From assembly GCA_965153455.1 (NCBI GenBank), contig OZ234493.1:18218213-18282212 (forward strand): a stretch of 64,000 nucleotides of DNA, given 5' to 3'. The notes under the pieces are model-generated. The model was not told the origin of the DNA. It ran no database searches and was given only the letters and a program-made list of their open reading frames with translations. Origin of the DNA: Sphagnum compactum. Its lineage: Eukaryota. Positions 37,248 through 50,919 of this stretch are shown one piece after another (position 1 is the stretch's first letter; every line of letters starts with the position of its first letter). Both the position numbers and the translations under genes were made by a program.

Positions 37248-39355
37248 ATGGAATCATGGTACATGGACAGTTCCAATGAAGATCAACGTCTTCCACATCA
37301 TCTGGATCCACCAAAATATGTTACCCATGAGGAACTTGCAAGTATATACCTTTCTGTGCTTCTCTCCTATTGTATTCTCTTTCTCCCTCGAGATTTTGTC
37401 TCCTACAGAATTATCTGCAAATTTTGTGTTCTTTTGTTTGAAACTATCACAGTAATTCACCCCCTTCTTTGTTCATGCTGTCATCTTGAAAACTAGTTTA
37501 TTGATGTCAGACAATGGTTGAGGTTTACAAAGGGTTTTTGCTGGGGTGGCAGAGCTGGGTGTGCTGCATTGGGTGCTAGATGCTGATGCTTATGAAACAG
37601 ACCCAGAGTTGAAAAAAATTCGTAAGGAGCGAGGATATGACTATGAGGTTTGTGCTTCTCTTTCTATTTGAACTTTTGCTGCATGTGATTAGAGTCTTCA
37701 GATGTTTAATGTGAGTGAGCAAGGATTGTCCTCTTCCATTTTTTTGATAGCTTCTGTACTGATCTGTTCTAAATAGAGCAACACAAAGTGCATTAGATGT
37801 ATAACCTTTGAAAGCAGGAGTTTGGAGGGAGGGGGCAGGAAAATTCACAATTGAATGTTGGTCTTGCCAGGATATTATACTGGTTTCCCCAGAAAAGCTT
37901 GAGAATTATGAGGCCAAAATCAAAAGTTTCTTTGAAGAGCACATCCACACTGATGAAGAGGTTCGGTATTGTTTGGATGGCAGTGGTCAGTTCACTTTCC
38001 TTTCATGTCTGGTGCTTTTAACAAGCAGATTAGTGTTACTCTCTAGATTGTATCCGGCATTCCTTCCATGTCCTTTCGGAACCCATCTAAGAGCATCTAT
38101 GCCCAACGTCTTAAGACTGTCAGCTTCACTTTTTCCAAGTCATCTGTTGACAGGTGCAGAAATTCCTATCTTGATAGTTGGCTTCTTTTCACAGGAAGTG
38201 AAGTTTTTTGACTTAATGGCAGGTTATTTTGATGTCCGAGACTCAGAGGATAACTGGATCCGTGTTTGGGTTAAAAAGGGTGATCTGATTATCTTGCCTG
38301 CTGGATGCTATCACCGCTTCACTCTTGACCAATCCAACTATATCAAGGTGACTCCTCATATTTATATCAGTTATTTGATTTTCCACCTACAATTTGTTAA
38401 CTCTTGGCATTATTTGATGTAATGTTCCTTCCTTTAATGTTGGGGATTGAAGTGCCCAAACAAAAAGTTGTCAATTCTAGCATGTTACCATAAGTCCCCT
38501 CCTTTTTGAGGATCTTTCTTGTTCCCAAATGAATCTTGTATTCACTGCACAGGCCTTGAAAAACTATGTTATAGAAGTGATGTGTGATGATCAGATTAGT
38601 GACCTGTCTCATTTTTGTGTGTTGATGTAACTATACTTAGAGTTGGCTACTTTTGCAATGTGGCTTTGGCATTGTTATTCCTGGGGAATGGTACTGTGCT
38701 GGAAATCTTCCTCAGGCATCAAATCTTGATTTCTGAATTCATCCCTCTTCTCCTAGCTTTCATGAATATCACAATTGGGCTCCAAGAATGTGTATGAATG
38801 TTAGTTTCTCTGGTTCAGCTAATTTTGTCTTGTTATCGCAGGCAATGCGGCTGTTTGTGGGATCCCCAATTTGGACACCTTACAATCGACCTCAAGATGA
38901 CAATCCCATCAGGTGACCTCTTTGTAAAATGTCTCTGAAATGCCTCAACTGTAAGCGTGATTCGGACTTTGTGGTTGTAATAACTTGTCATGTATTATTG
39001 CCGTGGGCGAATCAATCACCCTATGTATTTGAGTATCTGAAGATTTGACTTTCCAGTACCTGCAGTTTTAGTATTTGGAGGTATTACCATTCCCTGCATT
39101 ACTTGGTATCAGCAGCTACACTTGCTCTAGCTGTTTGATTCCATGTGTTCAAAAACTGTCATATACTCTGTTGGTAAATTTTTGACCAAAAATCTATGGA
39201 ATTTATCTGAAATTTCCACATGTGAGCTAATTTCACATGGCCTTTTGTTGTTTCTTTCTGGAACAAGTTCTGAGTAGCTGTGAAATGTCCTCTGTGGATG
39301 CAGGAAAACTTATATTGATCACTTTCTCAGCAAGGAGGATGTTTCAGCAAACTAG
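37248..39355 (+). CDS. ARD: Acireductone dioxygenase (methionine salvage / Yang cycle)
   Basis: Exons 37248-37341, 37553-37647, 37871-37985, 38223-38347, 38842-38912 and 39304-39355 join in frame. Motifs are [55 protein letters not shown] and [17 protein letters not shown]. The true start may lie in a short upstream exon (ATG 36461 or ~37009) spliced to 37233. Confidence 0.96.
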
Positions 39356-41517
39356 TTTGCACTCTGGTATATTTTCATACTTTGTATTGGGAAGTGCATT
39401 ATAAGCACATAGTAGGAACTATTGTATCAGTTACTGTTGCATACATGAGAGTTGATAAAATGTTGTTCACTGAGGTAAAGCGGGGACAAATACATTAGTT
39501 CAAGTTGGGAATGAGAATTATGATAAGTCGATCTTTTGCTAAAGCTGTAAGATATTGTACACCACTTATGGTGATGGCAGGATGGCTTACCAGGATTGTG
39601 AAGATGTACGATGTTAAAACTTCTACTTCTGTTTTCATTCCTTGTTACTCAGATTGTGGTAGCTTCAGGTGTCAGCAACACTCAAATCATGTCCATTGGT
39701 TGAAATGAACTAATAATCTCTTTCAGATGATTTTTTGATTGCCACCTCATATGCACTATTTTATTAGTTTATGCCAACAATTAGAATGTGGATCACTATA
39801 TTGAAGGTCAAAGACTAGTAGAGGATATGTGTTCTGTTGCTGTTCCCACTCTTTGAGCAACGGAACTTCTATTTCCAGTTGCCAAAGATAAGGGTGCCAA
39901 GCCAGTACATGAGTTAACTTTCATCTCTCTCTGAGTCCATTCCTTATGCAAAATCAGTGGAGCAGTAAATTGGTGCTTAGAAAATTAGTGATTAACTAAT
40001 GTCTGAACAGGATCCTGACAATAGAGCCCCATTGTGAAAAATCTATTCTACACTGTTGGTCTTAACATTGGGAAACTACCTTGATGCACTCTTACTTGGT
40101 AATGGCTTTCCAATGGTATCAAGAGCGCAGCAGGGGCCAGTTGTGGTCTGGGACATCTTAACACCATGACAGATAAAACAAAACAAACTAGCTTAATCGA
40201 TAGATGTTTACAAAGGACAAGGCTTTTGAATGGCTGTTGACTGAATATAGAGTTGCATCCAGCACTGAGAAACTCCATGGGCAGTAACAGCAATGCTTCC
40301 AGTATCACATTCAGAAAGAATATTAAGTTGGATTCAGGCTCATGGCCTGTGTGAGCAACACTTCTAAAATTACAGACAGAACAAGTATTAGTTCCAGCTG
40401 CTCTCAACAGTTGTCTGATACTTGACCAGAGGTAGAGGAATCTCTTTCCTGCTGCTTTCATATGGAGATGGGAATAGACAGCAGCTTCATTTTTGTCAAA
40501 TTCAGCTGTCAACTTAGGGTGACATCAAATTTGGCAAGCCATATCATGGATGCACTTGCCAGGGATAGACTTCAGTTGCTAGAGCAAGAGAGCAGGACCA
40601 GAAGGTCCAGCAGCAACCATGCGCAAACAAGGAAGAGAAATGAAGCACTTGTACCTTGAATCAATTCATGTGGTTAGTTTGATGTTATCAATCAGCAGCA
40701 TGCTAGAGATCAAGGGCCTGGCCTATCCTAATTACTGTAAAGCATTGAAGACAGAAAGTGTGCAGGCTAAAAGATACCCAGTCTGACTCATAACAGCAAA
40801 AAACACTAAACCCATTGACTTTTAAAATGTGAGTACACAGCAAACAAAAAAAATCGGCGTGCACATGAAGAAGAGTATATAAACCCACTGTGTTGTCCAA
40901 TGTTACACCTGGCCATGTGACTACAAGCAATTCTCTCGGGAATGGAAAATCATGACTGACTAAAAATGAAAATTAAACACTTTGTCACAGATCCACATGT
41001 CAAGAATTGGAAATCATATTATCTCAAGGTTCATCACGGTGCTTCTCATTCAAAACTTAGCATCTGCCTGTTTCTTTAAAACAGGTTTGTAAACATCTAC
41101 TACTGTTCATTTGAGCAAATACCAATCAACTTTGGCTCAAGTGGCAGCTTGAATCCCCCTAGGTGGAATTCACACCTGCAAGAATAATCAGAAATCACCA
41201 GGTATTTTAAAGGGTAAGAATGTCCAGTGTCAAGTGTGGTACCTGAATTTGACAAGGACTATCATTTGTCCCAAAGTATATAAAGGCAGACTTTGAAAAC
41301 TGCAATAATGGAGGTTGCACTGGACCGCACCTCTTCTCAGTGGGTATCGAAGCTCTACCCCCAGTCTTCAAGCTGGAGGTGGATTTGCTTCCAGAATTGT
41401 ATACAGCTCTCAGCCCTGAACTACACCGTAACTGTGGCAATTGGCCACCAACGATGCTATGCTCTCAAAGGACATGAGGAATGTCAGTTAAATATCTGAC
41501 AGCCACAACAAGAGTGA

Positions 41518-41682
41518 GCCTCTACTACAGCATCATACCAATACAAAGAGACTGAGAATAGGGTGCCAAACCATCACTTGCATCCCAGTCACGTACATTG
41601 CCTCTACTACAGTTCCATATCAATACAAAGAGACTGAGAACAGGCTGCTAAACCATCACTTGCATCTCAGCCAACTACATCT
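41518..41682. repeat. ~82-bp tandem duplication downstream of the COR27-like stop codon
   Basis: GCCTCTACTACAG...CAATACAAAGAGACTGAGAA...AAACCATCACTTGCATC occurs twice. Confidence 0.85.
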
Positions 41683-41706
41683 GCTATCGTTTGCTCTAGT
41701 TGAATA

Positions 41707-44700
41707 TTATCTTTTGGAGTTTAGAGGTTGCAATGGCTCATGTAGAGGACGCCTTAACCCATGCGTGCCCCATGTCCAAGTTCTTCCTCTCAATGGTGGC
41801 AATGGAGAAACCTGTGGGTTGCACTCAGTAGCCTCTGCCCCTTCCAACCACTGTTGTGTTTGCAAATTCACATCTTGACCATCTTCTCCTACAGATCCTT
41901 GATCATGCTCCCCAGTCAGGGACTGTTTAGTAAAGATGCTAATCCTGTGAGCACTGCCATCAACCTTTTCATCCAGCAGCTGCACATAATCATTGCTCTC
42001 TCCCAGCAGTTGAGTCTTGTAATTTACTCCATTAAGCTCTGTTTTGAGTTCCAGCTTCCCATATTGGCTTTCCATGGCACTTGGGAGGGATTCTGACAGA
42101 GATGGAGGAATCATCTGGCTAGTTGTGTGAGGGGACAGAGTATTGGAGCACATAAGACCACTTCCATCCGAAGCTACTGATTTAACTTTGACACCCTTGC
42201 ACTCCATGTGTTCTAGTAGAGAATACACCTGTCCAAGATTCATGGCTTTGACTATAAGCAAACTGAACGAGAGAAATTTTTTTTAACACAGCAGTCTATA
42301 GAACTGATGAGCACACCATTTCAGTTTCTAATACACCACCAGCATGCTTACTTCCTCCCTTCCAACAAATATTTCAAATTACTATTTGATTCCAGATACC
42401 ACATATCAATCTTCTCTACATTCATTTGTTGTAACCTAAACAAAACACTCACTTAGCCCTTTGGCCAGACCTTGAATAGAAAAGCAGACACTGGTGTGAG
42501 TTGGTCATCACATTCCTGAAAGAACAATATCTGAGTAAGCACGGATTCAATTACCTGACCCAAGGGTTTATTTTCTTCTGAGTTCCGAGGCTCAAGTTCT
42601 GAAGAACATATATCCAAGGCAGGTTGTGAGAGACTCTTCAGTGGCTTGAGCTGGTGATCAATGATAGCTTGATCAGGCAGCTCAGACTTTGTAGTGACAA
42701 GAGCTGCTGCAAACTCATTTTGAGCCTGTTGACCAGCCACATACTCATTCAACATTTCCAAATCCTTCCATGCAAGGTCTTGCTGGGTTGACTTATGCCT
42801 CTTGGCGTGGAATGCATTGGCTGCCAAGGCAAGAAGATATCAATAAAGCGGAAAGCACACCATTGTCATACTGCAAGCCTCTCTTTCACTTTCCAGAGCC
42901 GCTGGCCAATCAACAAATCTCCCAATAGGCCTGCGGCATAATAACATGTCTCTAGAATTTTAACATGGGATAGAAAGACTTACCATTGCCATGTTCATAG
43001 TCTGAAGGTCTTTTTGCAAGCCAAATTGAGTTGTCCTTTCTGCAGACAGCATTCGCTGACACCTGCCCCTGGCTTTGCAATCTACTCTGCCAAACTCGTA
43101 AACCTTGTCCCATATCTGAATCTTCAGTTGTATTATCCATCCCTTTGGACTCAAGCCCCTCATCTTCTGCACATTCCTCATCTGCTTCAGCCACTCTATC
43201 CTTCTCCATCGCTTCAACTGGTTTCTGTCCTTTGCTTGCATTGGTATCCTCTGGAGTGAGTGATGTCAAGAGCTCCTTCGTGTTGTTGAGAGTAACTTCT
43301 GGCATAGTGGATCCCACAGGAACCCCTGTGCTTGTCACATTAGTCACCTTTTGCTTGAAATGCTGTATCCAAGGATTATGAAGGACAGCTGGGGGAACAG
43401 ACAGTGATGGGTCCAGATTCTGAGGATGATAGTAGGCTTTCTCATGACCACCTTGCAGCAGTTCGAAGAACTGAAAAGAATCAAACAAAAAAAATCAGTA
43501 AATTTAAAATTGTGACGGGTCTCTAGAGAGAACTCAAATACAAGAAATGACGTCTTATTCAAAAGCCATCTTGCAGCCTTCGCAGACATGCTTAAAAGGA
43601 AAAAGACAGACTACCTCACTAGGATCTGATGTGCAGCACCCATGGAGGCCTCTTGGTCGAGACTCTACACAATCATGTTCACACTCATCAGCAGGACCTG
43701 ATTTTCCATTCACATCCATGGCATGGAACCCCTGCTTGTACAAATTTCTCACAAATGTAGCCTCAATTGAATTCAAATATGAGCTGTGCTTGTCATCAGT
43801 CCATGTTGTTGCTACAGATTCATGCTCCTTTGCCATCTGAAATATGCAAAGCCATTAACACAACCAGATCAAGAACATACATCCTGGGTGTATATTACAT
43901 CAGCTCTCAAAGTGATTTCTGTGCAGCATGAGTCAATTGGTCTGTCCACAAGCATGTCAGGGGGTGAAGTGGTCGACTGTCAATAGCTGTGATAGCCTGA
44001 AATTTTTCAGGCCTAACTCATGATTTCAGGCTGCCATGATGCAGAACCAAAGTGGACATCCCTTGAAGGTTGAGCAGTCTTGCTTCATGAGACCTGGTAC
44101 CAATGAGGTCCTGTTGTTAACCACCATAGAACAGTTGTCGTCCAGCTTGCTGACAAATGGTGTTGGGAAGGAAGAACTCTGGGGTTCCATCAGAAAGTCA
44201 CATTCATCTACATATGTGCAGGAGCCAACAACCTGAAAATCTGGATTTTTTCCTTCAAAATTGGCAATTCAGTTCCCTAGTGTAGTGAAGACAATTCAAT
44301 CACCATCTTGTTGACCCATCATTTTCTTGTGGAGATGCCCGCATGACTAATGCCTAAAACCTCTTCTTCTGCTGACATAATCCCAAGTAAAAGCATGCTC
44401 ACCATGAAGGAAAGTAGCAAAGATGGAATGTGGGAAGTTTGAGCTGACACTAGCATTGCAATTCCACAGAAGAACAGAGAGCTTCTGGAACTATTTGCAA
44501 CCACAAGTACTATTTGGAGACATGGATCTTTGCAGAATTGACATAGCCCACTTTTCTAGGGTCACAGAGAGAAATGGGGGTCCCAAAAACTGCAAATTCA
44601 GGGTTGCACACAGAAAGTGGGCTATGTCAATGTTGCAAAAACCTAGTTTGTCAGCAACCAGCAGGATGGAAACACACCTGCCTGTGAGGTGATAGATATT

Positions 44701-45465
44701 GTGTAAGACTTGCTATGATCTCAAAGATCTGGACTCCCTTCAAGGACTTGGAACAGGGTCCAGTGATCTTTATCAATCAGTACTGGTCGTACAAGATTTG
44801 CATAGAGAATGGGTAAAGAGGTCAGTGATCTTACTTACCGGATGGCTACTGGTCTCAGAGTCTTCTTCCGTGGCAGAAGCCTCGGACTCGCTCCATCCAT
44901 TGTCATCTCCACTCTCTTCTAGGTTATCGCCTTCTGTATTCATAGCTAGTTTCTCTTCCTCTTTCTCTTTGAAATCCGCTTCGCTTGTCACCATGGAAAC
45001 GCCTGAGGAGCTTCTCACCAACAGCAGCTCCTTAGCGCCGCAGACCAGCTTGACAGAAGAGTCACCCTCCGATATCGTCAACGTCTGCCTCGCGGATCCG
45101 CCGGACTTGGCAGCAGATGATAGCCCCGGCTCCCTTTCCAGGCTGGTGGACCTCGTGACGGATATGCTGCTCTTTGCTGCTTTCAGGCCGCTAGATGGAC
45201 AAAGTGAGGCCATGGAAGCTAACATTGAGGCACACTGCTTGCGAGGAGCGCCAGACACCACACTCTGCGGCGGGTCTTTCACCGTGATGGACATGTCCAT
45301 GAGCTGAGAGGCTCGTTCAAGGCTCAGGGGCCGGTGTTGCCGGTGCGGCGTTCCTTCCATCCCCTTGATCTGCACGTTGCAGACCTCCGCGGCGCTGTTA
45401 TTGTGTGTGACGAGCCCCGACCTCAACCTCACACCATGGCCCGCACTGATCCCCGGTCGGAACAT
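41707..45465 (-). CDS. COR27/COR28-like (cold/clock-regulated) protein with long low-complexity extensions
   Basis: Family motifs TWTDDKHSSYLNSIEATFVRNLY (exon 43836-~43616), FFELLQGG and VLHNPWIQHFK (exon ~43470-42972) match COR27/28 WTDEKHxxYLxSMEASFVxQLY, FKVLxxG and PWIxHF. Other proposed exons are 45465-44839, 44232-44101, 43976-~43899, ~42822-42555 and ~42228-41707; the outer exon boundaries are less certain. Confidence 0.8.
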
Positions 45466-46719
45466 ATCTAACCTCGCGCCTCGATGCACGAGCCGCCCTG
45501 TTCAGTCTCGTGCAGAACGGCAGATGAACAACTAGAGAGCCTCCTCCAGCGCCGTTGAATTGCTCCTTATAACATCATCGCCTCCTCCAGAAGAAAGAAT
45601 GTCGCCTGATGTCCACTGTGCAGCTTGGAACGTCATCTATTGCAGAACATGAGCGCATGTCCAGAGCAGGTTCTTGAGCAATATTTCTCAAGAGATTCCC
45701 GTACAAGACAAGCGTAATAGAGCTCCACGGCGCTCGGGGGGACAACCGAGGAACAGCTACCGCTATAGCGTACTTCGTACAAATCACCGCAGGAACTCGA
45801 TGCAATTCTAAAGCCTCAAAATCGATCCTGATCCATAACCTATCGGAGAAGACATAACAAGAAACACACGCAATAGAATTCGGTGACAAATGAAGCTTGC
45901 AAGAACATGTGGATGTTTCTATTGCTTCTAGAACGACTGCAGCTTCTCTTGTCGGTTGGCTCCTAGAGATTGTGAGCAACCAGGAGCGCCCGGCAGCTGG
46001 TAGTCCTCAAGAAAAACGAACCGCGTGGCAATGAAACACACAGGCAACTTCTTGAACACGACAAGAAAGCAAAAGAGTTGGGGAAAACACAGATGCGAAG
46101 AGCAATGTCCGTGCCAAATAGAATGCTGGAGGAATTACATCCACTTCCGTACCCCGCCACAGATCACAACAGATCACAACAAAGACGCTTGCTGCTTGCA
46201 AAATTGTGCAGCATCCGACGACGACAAAGTCTGGGCGGCAGAAGAATATTCAGTCACAAACCAAGAGCACAATGCATGAGGAAACAGGCAGATGATATCT
46301 ACAAGCTTCTTCAAAGCCAAATCAAATCCCGAAAGAAAGCAAATTCCTCAAGAGACCACAAAACGTATTAAACTCAAAACAGATCCAAATCCAGGAAGAA
46401 AAAAAGGCTCACCAGAAGGCAGGCTGATGAGGATGCTGAGCGCGTCTCCGCACGGAAAGATCGCGAAGAGATAGCGCTCTGCGCCACAAAATCCCCGACG
46501 ACAGCAAAACGTTCCGGAAAAAGCAGCGTCGAAGAGGAAGAAAGACGGAAGCAAGTGGAGGACGAGACCAGACGAGACCCACCACGCAAATAGTGCACAC
46601 TCCAGTTAAGTTAGTTAAGTGCTCGTTTAATCTAAGTAAGTTAACTAACTTAATTTAATGAGTTTCTCGCCAGTCAGTTAGTTAACAAACTTCGTTAGTC
46701 AGCAGAGATACGCCGAGAA

Positions 46720-47055
46720 TTTTCTTTTCCCCTTTCTTTTTGTTTCTTTCCCCAAAACCCCGTTCATGGTCCCCGGGATTTCTTTCTTTTCAGTCGTTCC
46801 CCAAAACCCGTCGTTCATGGCCGGCCTTAATTGGGAATTTCTGTTTTCCTTTTTCTTTTTCCCTAAAAACTATTCATGCAACCGGGCCTGCCTCTGGGAT
46901 TTTTTAAAAAATTTCTAAAAAACATTTACCCCCTAAACGTGTTCATGGCCTTGGGAATTTCTGCTTTTTTCTTTTTCCCCAAAACCTTTTCATGGCCTTG
47001 AGAATTTTCTTTTCTTTTCTTCCAAAACGCTTCCATTGGCCTTCGGGGATTTTAC
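46720..47055. repeat. Degenerate ~50-65-bp tandem array upstream of the COR27-like gene
   Basis: About 6 units of TTTTCCCCAAAAC...TTCATGGCC...GGGA(A)TTT. Confidence 0.7.
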
Positions 47056-48261
47056 TTATCCTACAAGTTCCAATGATTTTTTTTTAAGGGAAAAAATTTG
47101 GGATTGTTTTGGTTTTGCTAGTGTATATTTATTTATTTGTGCAAAAATTTTGGGAAAAATCACCAAATTTTCTGATATCACAAAATTGAAAAAAAGGAAC
47201 CTACCTATAACTAGTACCTTTGTAGTGGAAATTGAATTGTGTCTTTGAATTGTTGTTTTAATGGAAATTTTGCTACCTTCAAAATTCAATTTTAATTTTA
47301 ATATGTTAGCAAAATTTTCAAGGGAAGCATAAACCTAAATTCAAGGTTCAATTGCTTGAATATGAAAAATACCCACAAAAGTTGCTAGCTCTCATTTGAA
47401 GGAAATTGGACCCAACAGATGAGTGTCCAGGATTACATCCATGGGACCTAAAGCTTAATTTGCAAGAAATGGGAGCCATGCTTGAGGTGGTTGTGAGTTT
47501 GTTCCTGACCTACCAGCCACTTTTGGGTATCTTCCGAGCTCCACAATGGCTTGGGTGGGCCTCAGATATTTGCTCTTTGTGGAAGGAGACGAAGAGATCA
47601 TGTTATCAACAAAATATCCTAATATACTAAAATATAAGTCTTTTATTTTTAATTTTGAAATTTTGAAATATTGATTCGATTGATGAGTTGTGTATGTGTG
47701 TGTGTATATATAATTTTATTTTTTAAATTTAAACTTAAAATTTATTTATTTATTTATTTATAGATTTGAGATTTTAAGCAATTACGTACCTATTTGAGTA
47801 TGTTGCAGGAATTGTTTTGTGTATCCATTGCATAGAATATTACCAAGTGCATATTTTCAAACAGAAATTTCCGAACAAATGCCCTTTAGAGGAAGAATAT
47901 CAAGGATCCCGATGCTGAGTACTTTTTTTAAAAATGGTCTGGAGATGAGGAGGAGGCAAGGTTAGAAAAGAGAGACCACAAACCAACCAACCCCAAAAAG
48001 AAAAAACCTGACTACTTCCAGAGCCACATGAGCCATGTGCATGCATGTGGATTCGGTACCCTAAACCCAATAGATGTCTGTTCTTTGCACCGGAGTCCAC
48101 CACTTTGTGGGCCACCAAACTAACTCATCACATGGCCCAACAAGAAGAACACAAGAAACCCAAAATGAATTCGGAAAGTGATCTAATGTAACAGATGCAA
48201 GGGAAAGGAAACCAACACCAAACCAAACCAATAAATGAATTATCATTGATGATGATCATGC

Positions 48262-48293
48262 CCTTTCTAGGCCTTTTGGGCTAAGATCAAGTG
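48262..48293 (+). pseudogene. U2: U2 snRNA 5'-fragment retrocopy flanked by a 16-bp TSD
   Basis: CCTTTCTAGGCCTTTTGGGCTAAGATCAAGTG(T) matches the plant U2 5' end (ATACCTTTCTCGGCCTTTTGGCTAAGATCAAGTGTAG) with one substitution and one insertion. The identical direct repeat TTGATGATGATCATGC lies at 48246-48261 and 48294-48309. Confidence 0.85.
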
Positions 48294-49291
48294 TTGATGA
48301 TGATCATGCATTCCCCAAAGCAAAATAAAAAATTATAATAACAAGTTGAATAATATAACCTACATCACAAGTTGAATTTGAAACCTCTAAAATCTCATGG
48401 TATTGATGTGAAACAATTTACACATTGTTTGGAATCCAGATCAATAGTGTGCCATAAAATTAGACATCCAAATAAGTTCTTTAGAGCTGGTCTTTGTCTT
48501 AGTAATTATAGGGTTTGGGGTCACTTCAATTGCGGTGTTTAACTCCTAAGAAGCCTAGGGCTCTCTGAGATTATAATGGAAGGGGCTTTGGGAGTCCATT
48601 CTCTTTTAGGGTTTCAGCAAACTCATCCCTTCCTTTGTATATTAAAAAAAAAAACCAATTGGGAGTGGTTGTACTATTCGGTATTGTTTTTTCAAATTTT
48701 TAATATTTGATTTCACAAAAGTGATATTAGTGTTGCCTCGTCGTCACGGGCTTGTAAACCGCAAAACAAATGAGACAATATTCTCAACTTTATTGTGGAC
48801 CGAACACATAAAAGCGGTGGTACCATTTCTTTTCACTTGATCATGGCCTGGGTCCCTCATGGGTGGAGATAAAAAGAAATCTTCCATCTTCCGGAGGATA
48901 TTTAATACCTATTTTGCTCCATACTGTACCCCCATACAAACACACACACACACATAAAGCAAGATGAGATCCGTAGGGTAGTAGAAGGTGACAAGTTCCG
49001 CACTATGGAACCAGCAAAGATCCTACATGTTATGCACAGGTTGCACCCTTTCCGAATGCATAATCAACTCTTAGGGTTTATTAAGTGAATCTGTATATGT
49101 TTTCTCAAAATGAGCTTATGCTGCAAATGTGAGGTTCGTTCTATTATTGTGACCCTTGTGGATGATAATCAGCAGCCAATTATGACAATAAATCTGCCAG
49201 CCCGTAATGCTCTTGGCTATGGACATGTTGTGTCGGAGCCAATTCTACAATTATAATTCACATAGAAATTGCCTTAATAAACTCTTATAGG

Positions 49292-49447
49292 ATTAGAGAG
49301 TTATAATATTATATTTTAGAGGATTTTTTGAAGATTATATTTTTGCATGGTGAAATTATATTTGAGTTTCCGAAAAACTCTTTCTTTTGCCTTAAGATAC
49401 TATTTAATGTAAATGGCAAGGCTACAGCGTGACACACCTCTTGTTTT
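49292..49447 (+). mobile_element. 3' part of the Helentron/HINE-like element
   Basis: TTTTAGAGGATTTTTTGAAGATTATATTTTTGCATG...AAATGGCAAGGCTACAGCGTGACACACCTCTTGTTTT matches ~32165-32290. Confidence 0.7.
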
Positions 49448-49797
49448 CTTTTTTTCTTCTTCTTCTTCTTCTTCTTCTTCCCCCCCTCCCCCAAACCAAA
49501 AATCTTGTGTCAACTCAACATAGGGAGCTTCCTAAGGGAGATAAAAGATCTTAGCAACTTTTTTTTTTAAATCATTTTTGATGGGCCTCTTTGATTGGCC
49601 CTAAACCAAAAAAATATTCACAACATAAAGTTTAAACCCTTCCCACAAGATCTTAGCATCTTTGTTGGTTGTACGTGTGGCTCCCACTGCACGCATGATT
49701 GAAACAAAAGATCTAAAATACACACGACACACACACGCACATAATCGTTACTCCGAAAAAAATATCTTATGCTAAATACATACAACAAAAACAAGCA

Positions 49798-49840
<43 letters not shown>

Positions 49841-50707
49841 ACCACACATTTTGGACTAGAATGAGATTTTGTCATTCTTTCCACTTGGTGGGACGTGATT
49901 GCGAGGTTTTGAGCCACCCTTGGATTACACCATCTCCATTGGCTACTAGGTTTGGTGATTGTTCCTTAGTATCTAATAACAACCCAAAATGGGATTCAAC
50001 CTTTTTTTGGTGGCAAGTTGAAGCCGCCGAATGTGGTGCCCATGTTTTCTTCTTCCCAAGGAACGATGCACCCAATCTCAAAATTTGAATGAAGCCAATT
50101 GTCATTTGTCAAGTACATGACCACCGGAGTTTATTGGAAACATGTTGGTGGAAGCTTTACTACCACAATATTAAAACTCCAAATAAAGAAAGGATTAAAA
50201 AATAAGGGTCATGCTATGATATTTGCATTTGTTTATTTATTTATTCAAAATCATTCTTGAAATTTTATTACTTGCAGTATATAATAACTTATGTTATGTA
50301 ACAAAAAATTAAAATTGTAACTAAACCAAAAAAAATTGCAGAAGAAAGAAAGAAAATAAGATACCAAAAAATAAAGTATAATAAAATCTTTGAAATAAAA
50401 GTGACACCAAATAATTTGCCTCAGAACCTTCCCTTAAAGAGCCTTCCCTAAGGGAAAAAAAGATTTTTTTTTCTCATGGTTCCCAATGTGTTCCCACTAT
50501 GTTCCCTTTAAGTTTCAATGGGTTCCCATCAGGTTCTCAATATGTTCCCCAAGTTCCCAATGGGTTCCCCAACAAATGTCTAACTTTTGGTGAACATGAA
50601 CCAACACCCACCAGTGCATCAATTGAATGTTCTATTCAATTGGGGATGGGGCCATTTTGTTCAGGCTATACATGCCCCCATCTAAATACCCCTCGTTAAC
50701 TGAGTTA

Positions 50708-50919
50708 CGGTGCATTCACACTTAATGTTGAGTCAGTGTTAAATGAAATCTAGGTGGCATCCTAGGTGGCACCCAATGTTAAATGGGTGATAGCTAAATG
50801 TTAAGTGAATGTTAACTTAACATAAAATGCTCATGGTAAGTAGGTGTAAGTCCTAAGTGACTAGCATGGTGTTGGGGAACTCAACACTAGAGTACCTAAC
50901 ACCACGTGTGAATGCACCT
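50708..50919. mobile_element. Tourist/PIF-Harbinger-like MITE
   Basis: Perfect 13-bp TIR GGTGCATTCACAC (50709-50721) / GTGTGAATGCACC (50906-50918), with TTA one base outside each TIR. Confidence 0.75.

Noticed and set aside
44699-45307. 202-aa plus-strand ORF
   Set aside because: Antisense shadow of the first COR27-like exon.
46720-47055. Repeat-spacer-like array resembling a CRISPR
   Set aside because: The units are degenerate with no unique spacers, there are no cas genes, and the context is eukaryotic. It is an ordinary minisatellite.
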